DNA of 57,012 nucleotides from an uncultured Thioalkalivibrio sp. (GTDB lineage Bacteria; Pseudomonadota; Gammaproteobacteria; Steroidobacterales; XN24). This document shows positions 11,167 through 22,080 of this stretch, one piece after another. A program made the position numbers and the translations under genes. The DNA is taken from assembly GCA_964413755.1 (NCBI GenBank), contig CAYPTW010000001.1:1-57012 (forward strand), written 5' to 3'. Under the pieces are notes generated by a model that saw nothing but the letters and a program-made list of their open reading frames with translations, searched no databases and was not told the origin of the DNA. Each line of letters starts with the position of its first letter. The first letter of the stretch is position 1.

Positions 11167-12699
11167 GTGCCTGCTGAACTGGTCCTGGTGCTCGGCGACC
11201 AGCTCGACGCCGACAGCCCGGCGCTCGCTGCCGCTGTGCGCGAGGACGCCGTGGTGCTGATGGTCGAGGCCGCGGGCGAGGCCACGCATGCCTGGAGCCA
11301 CCAGCAGCGCATCGCGCTGTTTCTCGCCGCCATGCGCCACCATGCGGAAGCGTTGCGCAGCGCGGGCTGGACGGTGGATTACCAGGCGCTCGCGGCGGGA
11401 CACGACACGCTTGCCGCCGGCCTGGCCGACGCCATCGCGCGCCACCGCCCGCGGCGGGTGCGCATGGTCGCGGCCGGGGAGTGGCGTGTGCAGGCCATGA
11501 TCGAGTCGGCGTGTGCCGATGCGGGCGTCGCCTTGCAGGTGTACGAAGACGCGCACTTTTACTGCAGCCGGGAGGACTTTGCGCGCTGGGCGCGAGGCCG
11601 GAAGCAGCTGGTGATGGAGTTTTTCTATCGCGACATGCGCAAGCGATTCGATGTGTTAATGGACGACGGCAAGCCCGCCGGCGGCGCATGGAACTTCGAC
11701 CAGGCCAACCGGCGCAGCTTCGGCCGCCAGGGCCCGGGCGCAGTCCCGCCGCCGCAGCGCTTCGCGCCCGACGCGCTCACGCGCGAGGTGCTGGCGGAGG
11801 TCGCAGCGCGCTTCGGCGATCACCCCGGCACGCTGGAGTCCTTCGGCTGGCCGGTCACCCCGGAACAGGCCACCGCCGCGCTGGAGGATTTCGTGGCGCG
11901 GCGCCTGCCGCTGTTCGGCCGCTACCAGGATGCCATGTGGCAGGGCGAGCCATGGCTCTACCACGCCCACATCGCGGCCGCCATGAACCTCAAGCTGCTC
12001 GACCCGCGGCGCGCGGTCGCGGCCGCCGTCGCAGCCTGGCACTCCGGGCACGCTCCGCTGGAGGCCGTGGAGGGCTTCGTGCGCCAGGTCCTCGGCTGGC
12101 GCGAGTTCATCCGTGGCGTGTACTGGCTGGAGATGCCCGGCTATGCCGCGCGCAACCATTTCGGGCACGAGCGCCCGCTGCCCGGCTTCTTCTGGCATGC
12201 GGACACGGAGCTGAACTGCCTGCGGCAATGCTTCGGCGACACGCTGGCGAACGGTTACGCCCACCACATCCAGCGCCTCATGGTGATCGGCAACTTCGCA
12301 CTCCTGGCCGGCCTGGACCCGCACGCCGTGTGCGACTGGTTCCTCGGCATCTACGTCGACGCGGTGGAGTGGGTCGAACTGCCCAACACGCTCGGCATGG
12401 CGCTGCATGCCGACGGCGGCATCGTCGGCACCAAGCCCTACGTGGCGAGCGGCGCGTACATCAAGCGCATGAGCAATTACTGCGCCGGGTGCCGCTATGA
12501 TCCGGGCCGGCGCAGCGGCGCGGATGCCTGTCCCTTCACCCTGCTGTACTGGGATTTCCTCGCGCGGAACCGCGAGCAGCTGGCGGCCAACCCGCGCATG
12601 GGCCTTGCGCTCAAGAACCTGGAGCGGATCGGGGCGGAGGAACTGGCCCAGACCAGGGCGGACGCGGCCGCTTTCCTGGAGACGCTCGCAGCCGGTTGA
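11167..12699 (+). CDS. FeS-type bacterial cryptochrome/(6-4) photolyase (CryB/PhrB class)
   Basis: LVLGDQL, MEFFYRDMRK, WNFD, GYAHHIQRLM, VEWVELPN and KPYVASGAYIKRMSNYCAGC...CPF (4Fe-4S cysteines). Start is estimated. Confidence 0.92.
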   Translation: MPAELVLVLGDQLDADSPALAAAVREDAVVLMVEAAGEATHAWSHQQRIALFLAAMRHHAEALRSAGWTVDYQALAAGHDTLAAGLADAIARHRPRRVRMVAAGEWRVQAMIESACADAGVALQVYEDAHFYCSREDFARWARGRKQLVMEFFYRDMRKRFDVLMDDGKPAGGAWNFDQANRRSFGRQGPGAVPPPQRFAPDALTREVLAEVAARFGDHPGTLESFGWPVTPEQATAALEDFVARRLPLFGRYQDAMWQGEPWLYHAHIAAAMNLKLLDPRRAVAAAVAAWHSGHAPLEAVEGFVRQVLGWREFIRGVYWLEMPGYAARNHFGHERPLPGFFWHADTELNCLRQCFGDTLANGYAHHIQRLMVIGNFALLAGLDPHAVCDWFLGIYVDAVEWVELPNTLGMALHADGGIVGTKPYVASGAYIKRMSNYCAGCRYDPGRRSGADACPFTLLYWDFLARNREQLAANPRMGLALKNLERIGAEELAQTRADAAAFLETLAAG

Positions 12700-12702
12700 G
12701 TC

Positions 12703-12730
12703 GCCGGGGCCCAGCCATGCGGACCCCGGC
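12703..12730. terminator. Hairpin between the convergent photolyase and cytochrome c genes
   Basis: GCCGGGG (12703-12709) pairs with CCCCGGC (12724-12730). No U-tract. Confidence 0.35.
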
Positions 12731-12738
12731 CGACCGGG

Positions 12739-13074
12739 TCACTTCTTCGGCGTGGTCAGCCCGCGCATCGCAGCGTAGTAGGCGGCGAGGTCGGCGATAT
12801 CGTCGTCCGACAGGCCGGCTGCCATCGGCGCCATCAGGGCGTTGTTGCGCTCGCCGCTGCGGTACTGCTTCAGCGCGTGTACCAGGTAATCGGCGTACTG
12901 TCCCGCCAGTACCGGGAAATTCGGCGCGGTACCGCGGCCGTCGTCACCGTGGCAGGCGACACAGGTGGCGGACTTGGCCTTGCCGAGCTCGGGATTGCCG
13001 GCGGCGGCGTGGCCCGCGACCAGCACTCCCGCGACGAGCAGGGCGGCGGGGAACATCTTGCGCGACATGCTCAT
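12739..13074 (-). CDS. Monoheme cytochrome c (c4/c553-like)
   Basis: Signal peptide, CVACH, PVLAGQYADYL and distal Met in NALM. ATGA overlap with the upstream cytochrome. Confidence 0.92.
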   Translation of the reverse strand: MSMSRKMFPAALLVAGVLVAGHAAAGNPELGKAKSATCVACHGDDGRGTAPNFPVLAGQYADYLVHALKQYRSGERNNALMAPMAAGLSDDDIADLAAYYAAMRGLTTPKK

Positions 13075-13382
13075 TGTCCCTGCTCCTCGAACCACTTGGC
13101 GATCGCCTGGATCTCTTCTTCCGTCAGCGTGACCGCATTGGCGTGCATGGTGGAGTGCGGCCGGTCGCCGTTGGCGTAGGCCCGCAGCGCGTCAACGATG
13201 TATTGCGCATGCTGCCCGCCCAGCTTCGGCACGTGATAAGTCGGGTAGGCATTCTTGTAGCCCTTGATGGCATGACAGCCGAGGCAGGTCTCGACCGCTG
13301 CCGGTCGCTCCCCGGCAAGCGTCGTGCCCGAGGCCAGCAGGCCGGCCAGGGCCAGTCCGATCGTTACGGCGCGCGGTCGCAT
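13071..13382 (-). CDS. Monoheme cytochrome c (c4/c553-like)
   Basis: Signal peptide, CLGCH, VPKLGGQHAQYI and distal Met in HSTM. GGAGGA RBS. Confidence 0.92.
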   Translation of the reverse strand: MRPRAVTIGLALAGLLASGTTLAGERPAAVETCLGCHAIKGYKNAYPTYHVPKLGGQHAQYIVDALRAYANGDRPHSTMHANAVTLTEEEIQAIAKWFEEQGQ

Positions 13383-13484
13383 CGGCAAGCATCCTCCAGG
13401 TGAACGCGGTGGCGTTGAATCGCGGCGGTATGGTAATCAGGGGAAACCGAAAAAGCCAATCAGCCGCCGGCCAAGGAGAACGCC

Positions 13485-14195
13485 ATGCTGCGCCTCAAAC
13501 CCGCCTTTCTCGTCGCCTTGCTCGCCGGACTGCTCGTCGCCGCTCCCGCGTCCGCCGATGACGGCCCCACGGTGTCGGCGACCGGCACGGGACACGCCGA
13601 AGTGGCGCCCGACATCGCCGTGCTGCGTTTCGGCGTGACGGCGCGGCACAAGACTGTCGCCGCGGCGCGCGACGAAGTCGCGGCCGGCGTCGGCCGCCTC
13701 ATCGAACTCGCCCGCAGTGTCGGCATTGCGGACGAGCACATCTCCACCGCGGCCCTGAACGTCCAGCCGGACACGGCGTGGAACCCGGAAACCCGCACCC
13801 AGGAGCACCGGGGCTTCGTCGTCAGCCGCCAGATCAGCTTCAAGCTGACCGAGATTTCCAGGCTGGGCGAGCTGTCGGAACGTGCGCTCGGGCTGGGCGT
13901 CACCGACGCCTCGCCGGCCGTGTTCGACACCTCCCGGCGCGACGAACTCGAGGCCGAGGCGCTGGCCGCGGGCGCTCGGGATGCCCGCGCGCGAGCCGTG
14001 GCGATGGCGACGGCGCTCGGCGCCGAGGTCGGGAAGGTGCAGAGCCTGAACGCGGTCGGCGGGTTTTCGCGGCCCCAGCCCGTGATGCGCGCCGCCATGG
14101 CCGAAGCCGACGGCATGGGCGGCGCAGAGACCTACGAGACCGGGCTGATCCGCGTCGAGGCGACGGTCAACGCCACCTTCGAACTGAAACCCTAG
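13485..14195 (+). CDS. SIMPL/DUF541 (YggE/BP26-like) periplasmic protein
   Basis: AGGAGA RBS, signal peptide, TVSATGTGHAEVAPDIA and C-terminal IRVEATVNATFEL. Confidence 0.88.
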   Translation: MLRLKPAFLVALLAGLLVAAPASADDGPTVSATGTGHAEVAPDIAVLRFGVTARHKTVAAARDEVAAGVGRLIELARSVGIADEHISTAALNVQPDTAWNPETRTQEHRGFVVSRQISFKLTEISRLGELSERALGLGVTDASPAVFDTSRRDELEAEALAAGARDARARAVAMATALGAEVGKVQSLNAVGGFSRPQPVMRAAMAEADGMGGAETYETGLIRVEATVNATFELKP

Positions 14196-14207
14196 AGGGC
14201 GCGTGGC

Positions 14208-15788
14208 TCAGGGCCGCTGCAGCGAAACGAAACGGCTCGGGTGCACGTTGAGCGGGTTGTCCTCGATGCCGCGCACCCAGGGCTTGACCAGTTTCTTGCT
14301 GACGTAGAAATACAGCGGCATGAGCGGCGCGGCCTCGATCAGCCGCGCCTCTGCCTGGGCCAGCAGGCGCATACGGGTGGCAGCATCGCCGGCGGCAGCG
14401 GCAGCGCGCAGCAGGCGGTCGTACTCCGCGTCCGACCAGCCGGTGCCGTTCACCTGGCTGTCCGCGGCGAGGATGCCGAGGAAGCTGTCCGGCTGGGCGA
14501 AATCCGCGATCCAGCTGCCGCGATAGACCTGCGTCACGTCGCCCGCGCGCACGTTGCCCAGCAGCACGCGGAATTCCTCCCGCACCAGGTCAGTCTCGAT
14601 GCCCAGGCCCTCACGCCAGAAGGCGCCCACCGCGACCGCCACCCGGTCGTGCAGCTCGCCGCTGTTGTAGCGGATCTCCAGGCGCAGGGGCTTGTCGGGG
14701 CCGTAGCCTGCCGCCGCCAGCAGCGCCCGGGCGCGCTCCAGGCGCGCGCTGCGCCGTTGCTCGCACAATTCATCGCGTGGTGGCGTGTAGCCGTGCAGGC
14801 CCGGCGGCACCAGGGTGCATGCCGGCAACTCGCCGGCCCCGACCACGCGCCTGGCGATCAGGTCGCGGTCGACCGCCAGCGACAGCGCCCGGCGCACGCG
14901 CGCATCGTCCAGCGGCGGCCGGCGCGTGTTGAAGCCGTAGAAATACACCGCCAGGTACGGGCTGATGCGCAGCTCCTCGGCGAGATGCTCCTGCAGCCAG
15001 GGGACGCGCGACACCGGCACCGTGTAGGTCATGTCGAGCTCGTCAGCGCGGTAGCGGGACAGCTCGCTGGCCTGGTCCGGCAGCGAGACGTAGCGCACCT
15101 GGTCCAGTGACACGGCATCCGCAGCCCGGTAATCCGCGTTGCGCAACAGCACCAGGTGGGAGCCGGGTACGCGCTCGCCGAGCCGGAACGCCCCGCTGGA
15201 GACCTTGCCGTCCGGGGGCACGTCGTCACGTCGCGGGCTGGCGGCCGGATGGGCCAGCAGCTCGTCCAGCCAGGGCGTCGGCTGCTGCAGCCCGATGTGC
15301 AAGGTGCGGGGATCCGCCGCGTGCACCGCCGGCCCAGCATCGCCGCCGCCCATGCCGCTGACCGCGCCGAACAGTTCGCGATGGGGCGAGGCGACGGCCG
15401 GCGCCGCCATCTGCCGGAACGCCAGCACGAAGTCCGCGGCCTGCACCGGGCGCCCGTCCGACCAGCGTGCGGCCGGGTCGAGCTCGAACACCCATTCCAG
15501 GCCGTCTGCCGAGACCTGCCAGCTGCGCGCCGCGCCCGGGATCACCCGCCCGCCGGGGTCCAGCGCGGTAAGCCCCTCGTGCAGGTCCCGCAAAACATTG
15601 AGTGCCGGCTCGCTGCGCGCCTGCAGCGGGTCGAGCGACTCCGGGTCTGCACTGTTGCCGCGCACGAATTCCGCCACGGCGACGCCGTCGCTCTGCGGTG
15701 CGGGATCGCGCGCGCAGCCCGGCAGCACGGCCAGGGCGATAAGCAGTGCCACTGCCTGGAGACGACCGCGCGGCGAGGGTGTGATCAC
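14208..15788 (-). CDS. Peptide ABC transporter substrate-binding lipoprotein (OppA-like)
   Basis: Lipobox LPGC, DPESLDP, LHEGL, GAARSWQVSADGLEW and WIADF. GTG start 1 nt after the upstream stop (alternative ATG at 15812). Confidence 0.9.
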   Translation of the reverse strand: MITPSPRGRLQAVALLIALAVLPGCARDPAPQSDGVAVAEFVRGNSADPESLDPLQARSEPALNVLRDLHEGLTALDPGGRVIPGAARSWQVSADGLEWVFELDPAARWSDGRPVQAADFVLAFRQMAAPAVASPHRELFGAVSGMGGGDAGPAVHAADPRTLHIGLQQPTPWLDELLAHPAASPRRDDVPPDGKVSSGAFRLGERVPGSHLVLLRNADYRAADAVSLDQVRYVSLPDQASELSRYRADELDMTYTVPVSRVPWLQEHLAEELRISPYLAVYFYGFNTRRPPLDDARVRRALSLAVDRDLIARRVVGAGELPACTLVPPGLHGYTPPRDELCEQRRSARLERARALLAAAGYGPDKPLRLEIRYNSGELHDRVAVAVGAFWREGLGIETDLVREEFRVLLGNVRAGDVTQVYRGSWIADFAQPDSFLGILAADSQVNGTGWSDAEYDRLLRAAAAAGDAATRMRLLAQAEARLIEAAPLMPLYFYVSKKLVKPWVRGIEDNPLNVHPSRFVSLQRP

Positions 15789-15789
15789 G

Positions 15790-17411
15790 TCAGTAGCCGC
15801 GCTGCGCCACATCGATGGAAATGTTGCGCGTGTAGGTGCGGTTGAGAATGTTGGGCGCGTAGCCCCGCACCCAGGGCTTCACCATTTGCCTGGTGACGGG
15901 GTGGTACAGGGGAAGGATGGGCACGAACTCGAGCATGCGCCGCTCCGCCGCCTCCAGCAACGCGCGCCGCGCAGCGGGGTCCTGCTCCACGGCGGCGTCG
16001 CGCAACAGGCCTTCGTAGACGGGGTCGTCGTAGCCGGTGTCGCTCACCGCGCCGGTGGTCTTGAGGATCTCGAGAAAGTTGGAGGCGTCGTTGTAATCAC
16101 CGCGCCACGACAGTCGCAGCACGCGCCACTGGTCCGGGTCCTTGCGCCGCGACAACATGACCCGGAACTCCTCGTTGTACAGCGTGCTCTCGACGCCGAG
16201 GTGCTGGCGCCACATCGAGGTCACCGCCACCGCCACGCGCCGCAGGTTCTCGTCGGTGTTGTAGTGCACCGTCAGCTGCAGCGGATTATCCGCGCCATAG
16301 CCGGCCTCGGCGAGCAGGGCGCGCGCCCGCTCGATGCGTTGCCCCATGTCCAGGTCGCGCCAGGCGAAGGACTGGGAGGTGTGGTTCAGCACGCCCGGCG
16401 GCACCAGGCCGTAGGCCGGGGCGTCACCGGAACTGAGCACCGCCTCCACCAGCTGCTCGCGGTCCACGGCCATCGCCAGGGCCTGGCGCACGCGCAGGTC
16501 GTCGGTTGGCGGCCGCAGCGTGTTGAACAACCAGTACTGGGTGGATAGCGCCGGCGTCAGGTACAGCTCGTCGCCGAGGTTCTCCTTCAGCCACTGGTAA
16601 CGCGTCAGGGGAATCTGCGAGGTGTAGTCCAGCGCGTCCGTGCGGTAGTGGTTCAGTTCCGCCTCCGCCATGTCGAAGGCCATGAACCGCACCCGGTCCA
16701 CCTGCGGGCGCTCGCGGAAGAACTCGTTGCGCACCAGTTGCACGTAACTCTGCGGCTCCCAGGCGTCCAGGCGATAGGCGCCGTTCGACACCATCCGGCC
16801 CGGACGGGCAAAGCCGTTGCCGTGCTCCGCCAGGCTGGGGCCGTGCACCGGGAAAGTGACGGGATGCGTGAGCAGGCCGAGCAGGTAGGGCGTGGGGCGC
16901 GCCAGCTTGAGCACCAGGCGATACGGCTCGGGCGCATGCACGCCGAGCGTCTCCGGCGGCGCATCGCCGGCGATGATGGCTCCCGCGCCGGCCACCGGCC
17001 GCAGCAGACCGGCCTCGGTGCTGGCGGTGGCCGGATCCACGGCGCGGCGAAACCCGGCGACGAAATCGGCCGCGGTCAAGGCGTCCCCGTTCGACCAGCG
17101 CCCGTCCGGCCGCAGCATGAAGGTCCACTCGAGGCCGTCGTCGCTCACCGTCCAGGACGATGCCGCGCCCGGCACCAGCTCCCCGGTGCTGGTCTCGGCT
17201 ACCAGGCCCTCGTAGAGATCGCGAATGACGTCGCGGCTGTTCTCGTCCTGGGCGCGCTGCGGGTCCAGCGTCGCCGGCTCCGGCCCGTTGCCGCGCCGGA
17301 ACACGACGGGTGCGGCCTCTGCGGCGTCCCGGGCTTCCGGTGCCGGCGCCCGTTCGCAGCCGGCCGCCGCGCACGCCAGCAGCCAGGCGAGTCCCAGCGC
17401 GAGCGCGCGCC

Positions 17412-17415
<4 letters not shown>
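15790..17415 (-). CDS. Peptide ABC transporter substrate-binding lipoprotein (OppA-like)
   Basis: Lipobox [28 protein letters not shown] and VSNGAY. The ATG overlaps the mnmG stop. Confidence 0.92.
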
Positions 17416-19304
<1,889 letters not shown>

Positions 19305-19498
19305 AGCGCGGGTACCGCCGTTTCCTGAAGGGCTTTCCGGGCGCCAATGATACCCGCGCGTCGCCCGCGCGACAGCGGGCACCGGCCGGCACGGGGCGCG
19401 TATCTGAGAATGGGGTCACAGACGGGGCCCGCCCCCGAGGTCAATCTTCGGGGTCGCGGGTCGATGAACAGGCCCGGGGGTTTCCAGGGGGACGGAAC

Positions 19499-20683
19499 TT
19501 GGGCCAGCCGGCAGCGGTGGAGCATGCCAAAGAAATAAAGGCGCAGATGGATGCGCGCCTGGCGGTGCGCCTGCGCCGCTTCCACATGGCGCTCGCTTCA
19601 TACGCCCTGTGGACCGTGATTGCGCTGGTCGCCTGGGCGGGCGGCCTCATCGCCATGCCGGTCTGGCTGATGGTGGCGATGGTTGCCGGGGTCACGCTGT
19701 CCAACGCCTGGTTCTGGTACATGCTCAGCTCCGGCCGCAGCCTGAGTTACGCCGACCCGTCCATGACCAAGGCGCAGGTGATGCTGGGGCTGTTCTGGAT
19801 CCTGGTCGTCATCGGCGCATCGCACAAGGACCGCAGCCTGATGATGGTCGTCTACATCGTCATCATGCTGTTCGGCATCTTCCGCCTCGATCGCGAGGAC
19901 TTCCTCCGGCTCACGGGTCTCGCGCTGGTCGGTTACATCGTGGTGGTGGCCGCCGACCTGGCGGTGCGTGAAGTCCAGGTCGACATGTTCACCGAGGCCG
20001 TGCGTTTCCTGGTGCTGACCTCCTGCCTGTTGTGGTGCACCTTCTTCGGCTCACACGTGGCGCAGCTGCGCGCCACGCTGCGGCGCCAGAACGACGCCTT
20101 GCAGCAGCACGTCAAGGATGCCGAGCGCATTGCCGAGCGCGATCACCTGACCTCGGCCTACAACCGGCGCTACATCATGCAGGCCCTGGAGCAGGAGCGC
20201 TCGCGTTCCGAACGGCGCCATGCGCCCTTCGCCATCATCATTTTCGACCTCGATCACTTCAAGAACATCAACGATCATCACGGCCATGTCACCGGTGATC
20301 GCGTGCTCAGCCGTTTCGCCCAGGTCGCACGGCGCGAGCTGCGCGCCGTGGACGTCATTTCACCGGGACGACGACGCCATGCTTTCGGTCGTTTCGGCGG
20401 CGAGGAGTTCATCGCCCTGCTGCCCGAGACCGGGCTGGAAGGCGCACGGCACTGCGCCGAGCGCATGCAGGAAGTGATGGCCGAGGAACGCTTCGAAAAC
20501 GGCATCTCGGTAACGTTCTCCGCCGGCATCGCCGTGTACCGCTACGGCGAGACCATCGAGCAGACACTCAGCCGTGCCGACGACGCGCTTTATCGCGCCA
20601 AGAATGCCGGCCGCAACCGTGTCTACGAAGAGAAGCCGGCCTCGCGGCCGAACAAGGTCGTGCGCCTGGTGCAGCGCGACTGA
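19499..20683 (+). CDS. Membrane-bound diguanylate cyclase
   Basis: About six TM segments, then DHLT..YNRR, DLDHFKNINDHHGH..GD, GRFGGEEF and ALYRAKNAGRN. Start uncertain (TTG 19499, GTG 19517 or ATG 19547). Confidence 0.92.
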   Translation: MGQPAAVEHAKEIKAQMDARLAVRLRRFHMALASYALWTVIALVAWAGGLIAMPVWLMVAMVAGVTLSNAWFWYMLSSGRSLSYADPSMTKAQVMLGLFWILVVIGASHKDRSLMMVVYIVIMLFGIFRLDREDFLRLTGLALVGYIVVVAADLAVREVQVDMFTEAVRFLVLTSCLLWCTFFGSHVAQLRATLRRQNDALQQHVKDAERIAERDHLTSAYNRRYIMQALEQERSRSERRHAPFAIIIFDLDHFKNINDHHGHVTGDRVLSRFAQVARRELRAVDVISPGRRRHAFGRFGGEEFIALLPETGLEGARHCAERMQEVMAEERFENGISVTFSAGIAVYRYGETIEQTLSRADDALYRAKNAGRNRVYEEKPASRPNKVVRLVQRD

Positions 20684-20702
20684 GCAACGGCGCGCGACGG
20701 AC

Positions 20703-22052
20703 TCATTTACCGATACAGAACTCGCTGAAGATCCGCCCGAGCAGGTCCTCGGTGCTGACCCGGCCGGTGATCTCTCCAAGCGCATCCTGCGCCTGGCGCA
20801 GCTCCTCGGCGGCCAGCTCCGGCGCATGTCCGGCGTGCAGCAGCGCAAGCGCCCTCTCCGTGGCGGCTGCGGCGCCGTCCAGCGCCTCCAGGTGCCGCCG
20901 CCGCGCAGCGAAACTGCCGCCCTCGCCGCTGGTGTGCCCGGCGAACGCCCGCAGGCGCTCTCGCAGCAGGTCCATTCCCGCGCCGGTCAACGCCGAAAGC
21001 CGCAGGTATTCGGTGCCGTCGGCCGCTGTTTCGGGTCCGGCCGGCAGGCCCAGCAAGTCGGTCTTGTTACGCACCGTGAGCACGGGGATGCCCGCGGGCA
21101 GCTCGAGCGGTTCGCCCCCCGCGCCGGCCCGGTCGCCATCCTCCACCAGCAGCACCAGGTCCGCCCGCGCCATGGCCTCGCGCGCACGGCGGATGCCCTC
21201 CTGCTCGACACGGTCTGCCTCCGCGCGCAAGCCCGCGGTGTCGATGACCCGCACCGGCATGCCGTCGATGAGAATGTCCTCGCGCACCAGGTCCCGCGTC
21301 GTGCCCGGCAATTCGGTCACGATCGCCGCCTCGTAGCCGGCAAGGCGATTCAACAGGCTCGACTTGCCGGCGTTGGGCCGTCCGGCAATCACCAGCGTGA
21401 GGCCGTCGCGCAGCACCCGGCCGCGGTCGGCCGCCCGGCGCACTGCCACGAGCTCCTGCAGCAGGCTGTCGAGCTGGTGCTCGAGCTCGGGATCGTCCAG
21501 GTCGTCCACGCCTTCTTCCGGAAAATCCAGCCCGGCCTCGAGCCGGATGCGCAGGCGCGTCAGTTGTTCCACCAGTGCCGTGACGCGCGCGGAGAACTCG
21601 CCTTCCAGCGACCGTAACGCGGCGCGCGCCGCTTCCGCCGAGGCGCTGGCGATGAGGTCGGCGATGGCCTCGGCCTGCGCCAGGTCGAGGCGGCCGTTGA
21701 GGAAAGCGCGCCGGGTGAATTCACCCGGCCCGGCTTCGCGCGCCCCCAGCGCCACCAGCCCGCGCACCAGCAGGGTCGCCACCACCGGGCTGCCGTGCAG
21801 CTGGAATTCGACGCTGTCTTCGCCGGTGAAGGAACGGGGTCCGGGAAACACCAGCACGAGGCCGCGGTCGAGCGGTTCGCCGTCGATGCACAACTCGCGC
21901 AGGGCCGCATGACGGGCCGGCGGCAGGGCCCCCGCGACGCGTGCGGCGAGGGGCAGTGCCGCGGCACCGGAGAGCCGCACGATGCACACGCCGCCGCGCC
22001 CTGGCGGCGTGACCGGTGCGACGATCGTGTCGCCCGCGGCGAGGACGCTCAC
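20703..22052 (-). CDS. mnmE: tRNA modification GTPase MnmE/TrmE
   Basis: DTIVA...GRGG, GRPNAGKSS, GTTRD, DTAG, NKTD and C-terminal FCIGK. Confidence 0.97.
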   Translation of the reverse strand: MSVLAAGDTIVAPVTPPGRGGVCIVRLSGAAALPLAARVAGALPPARHAALRELCIDGEPLDRGLVLVFPGPRSFTGEDSVEFQLHGSPVVATLLVRGLVALGAREAGPGEFTRRAFLNGRLDLAQAEAIADLIASASAEAARAALRSLEGEFSARVTALVEQLTRLRIRLEAGLDFPEEGVDDLDDPELEHQLDSLLQELVAVRRAADRGRVLRDGLTLVIAGRPNAGKSSLLNRLAGYEAAIVTELPGTTRDLVREDILIDGMPVRVIDTAGLRAEADRVEQEGIRRAREAMARADLVLLVEDGDRAGAGGEPLELPAGIPVLTVRNKTDLLGLPAGPETAADGTEYLRLSALTGAGMDLLRERLRAFAGHTSGEGGSFAARRRHLEALDGAAAATERALALLHAGHAPELAAEELRQAQDALGEITGRVSTEDLLGRIFSEFCIGK

Positions 22053-22080
22053 GGGGTGGCCGCGGCGGCCCGGCGCGACG

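Noticed and set aside
19305-19498. E. coli-type oriC upstream of mnmG/gidA
   Set aside because: GC-rich, with no DnaA boxes or AT-rich element. The dnaA-dnaN gap has all the origin features.
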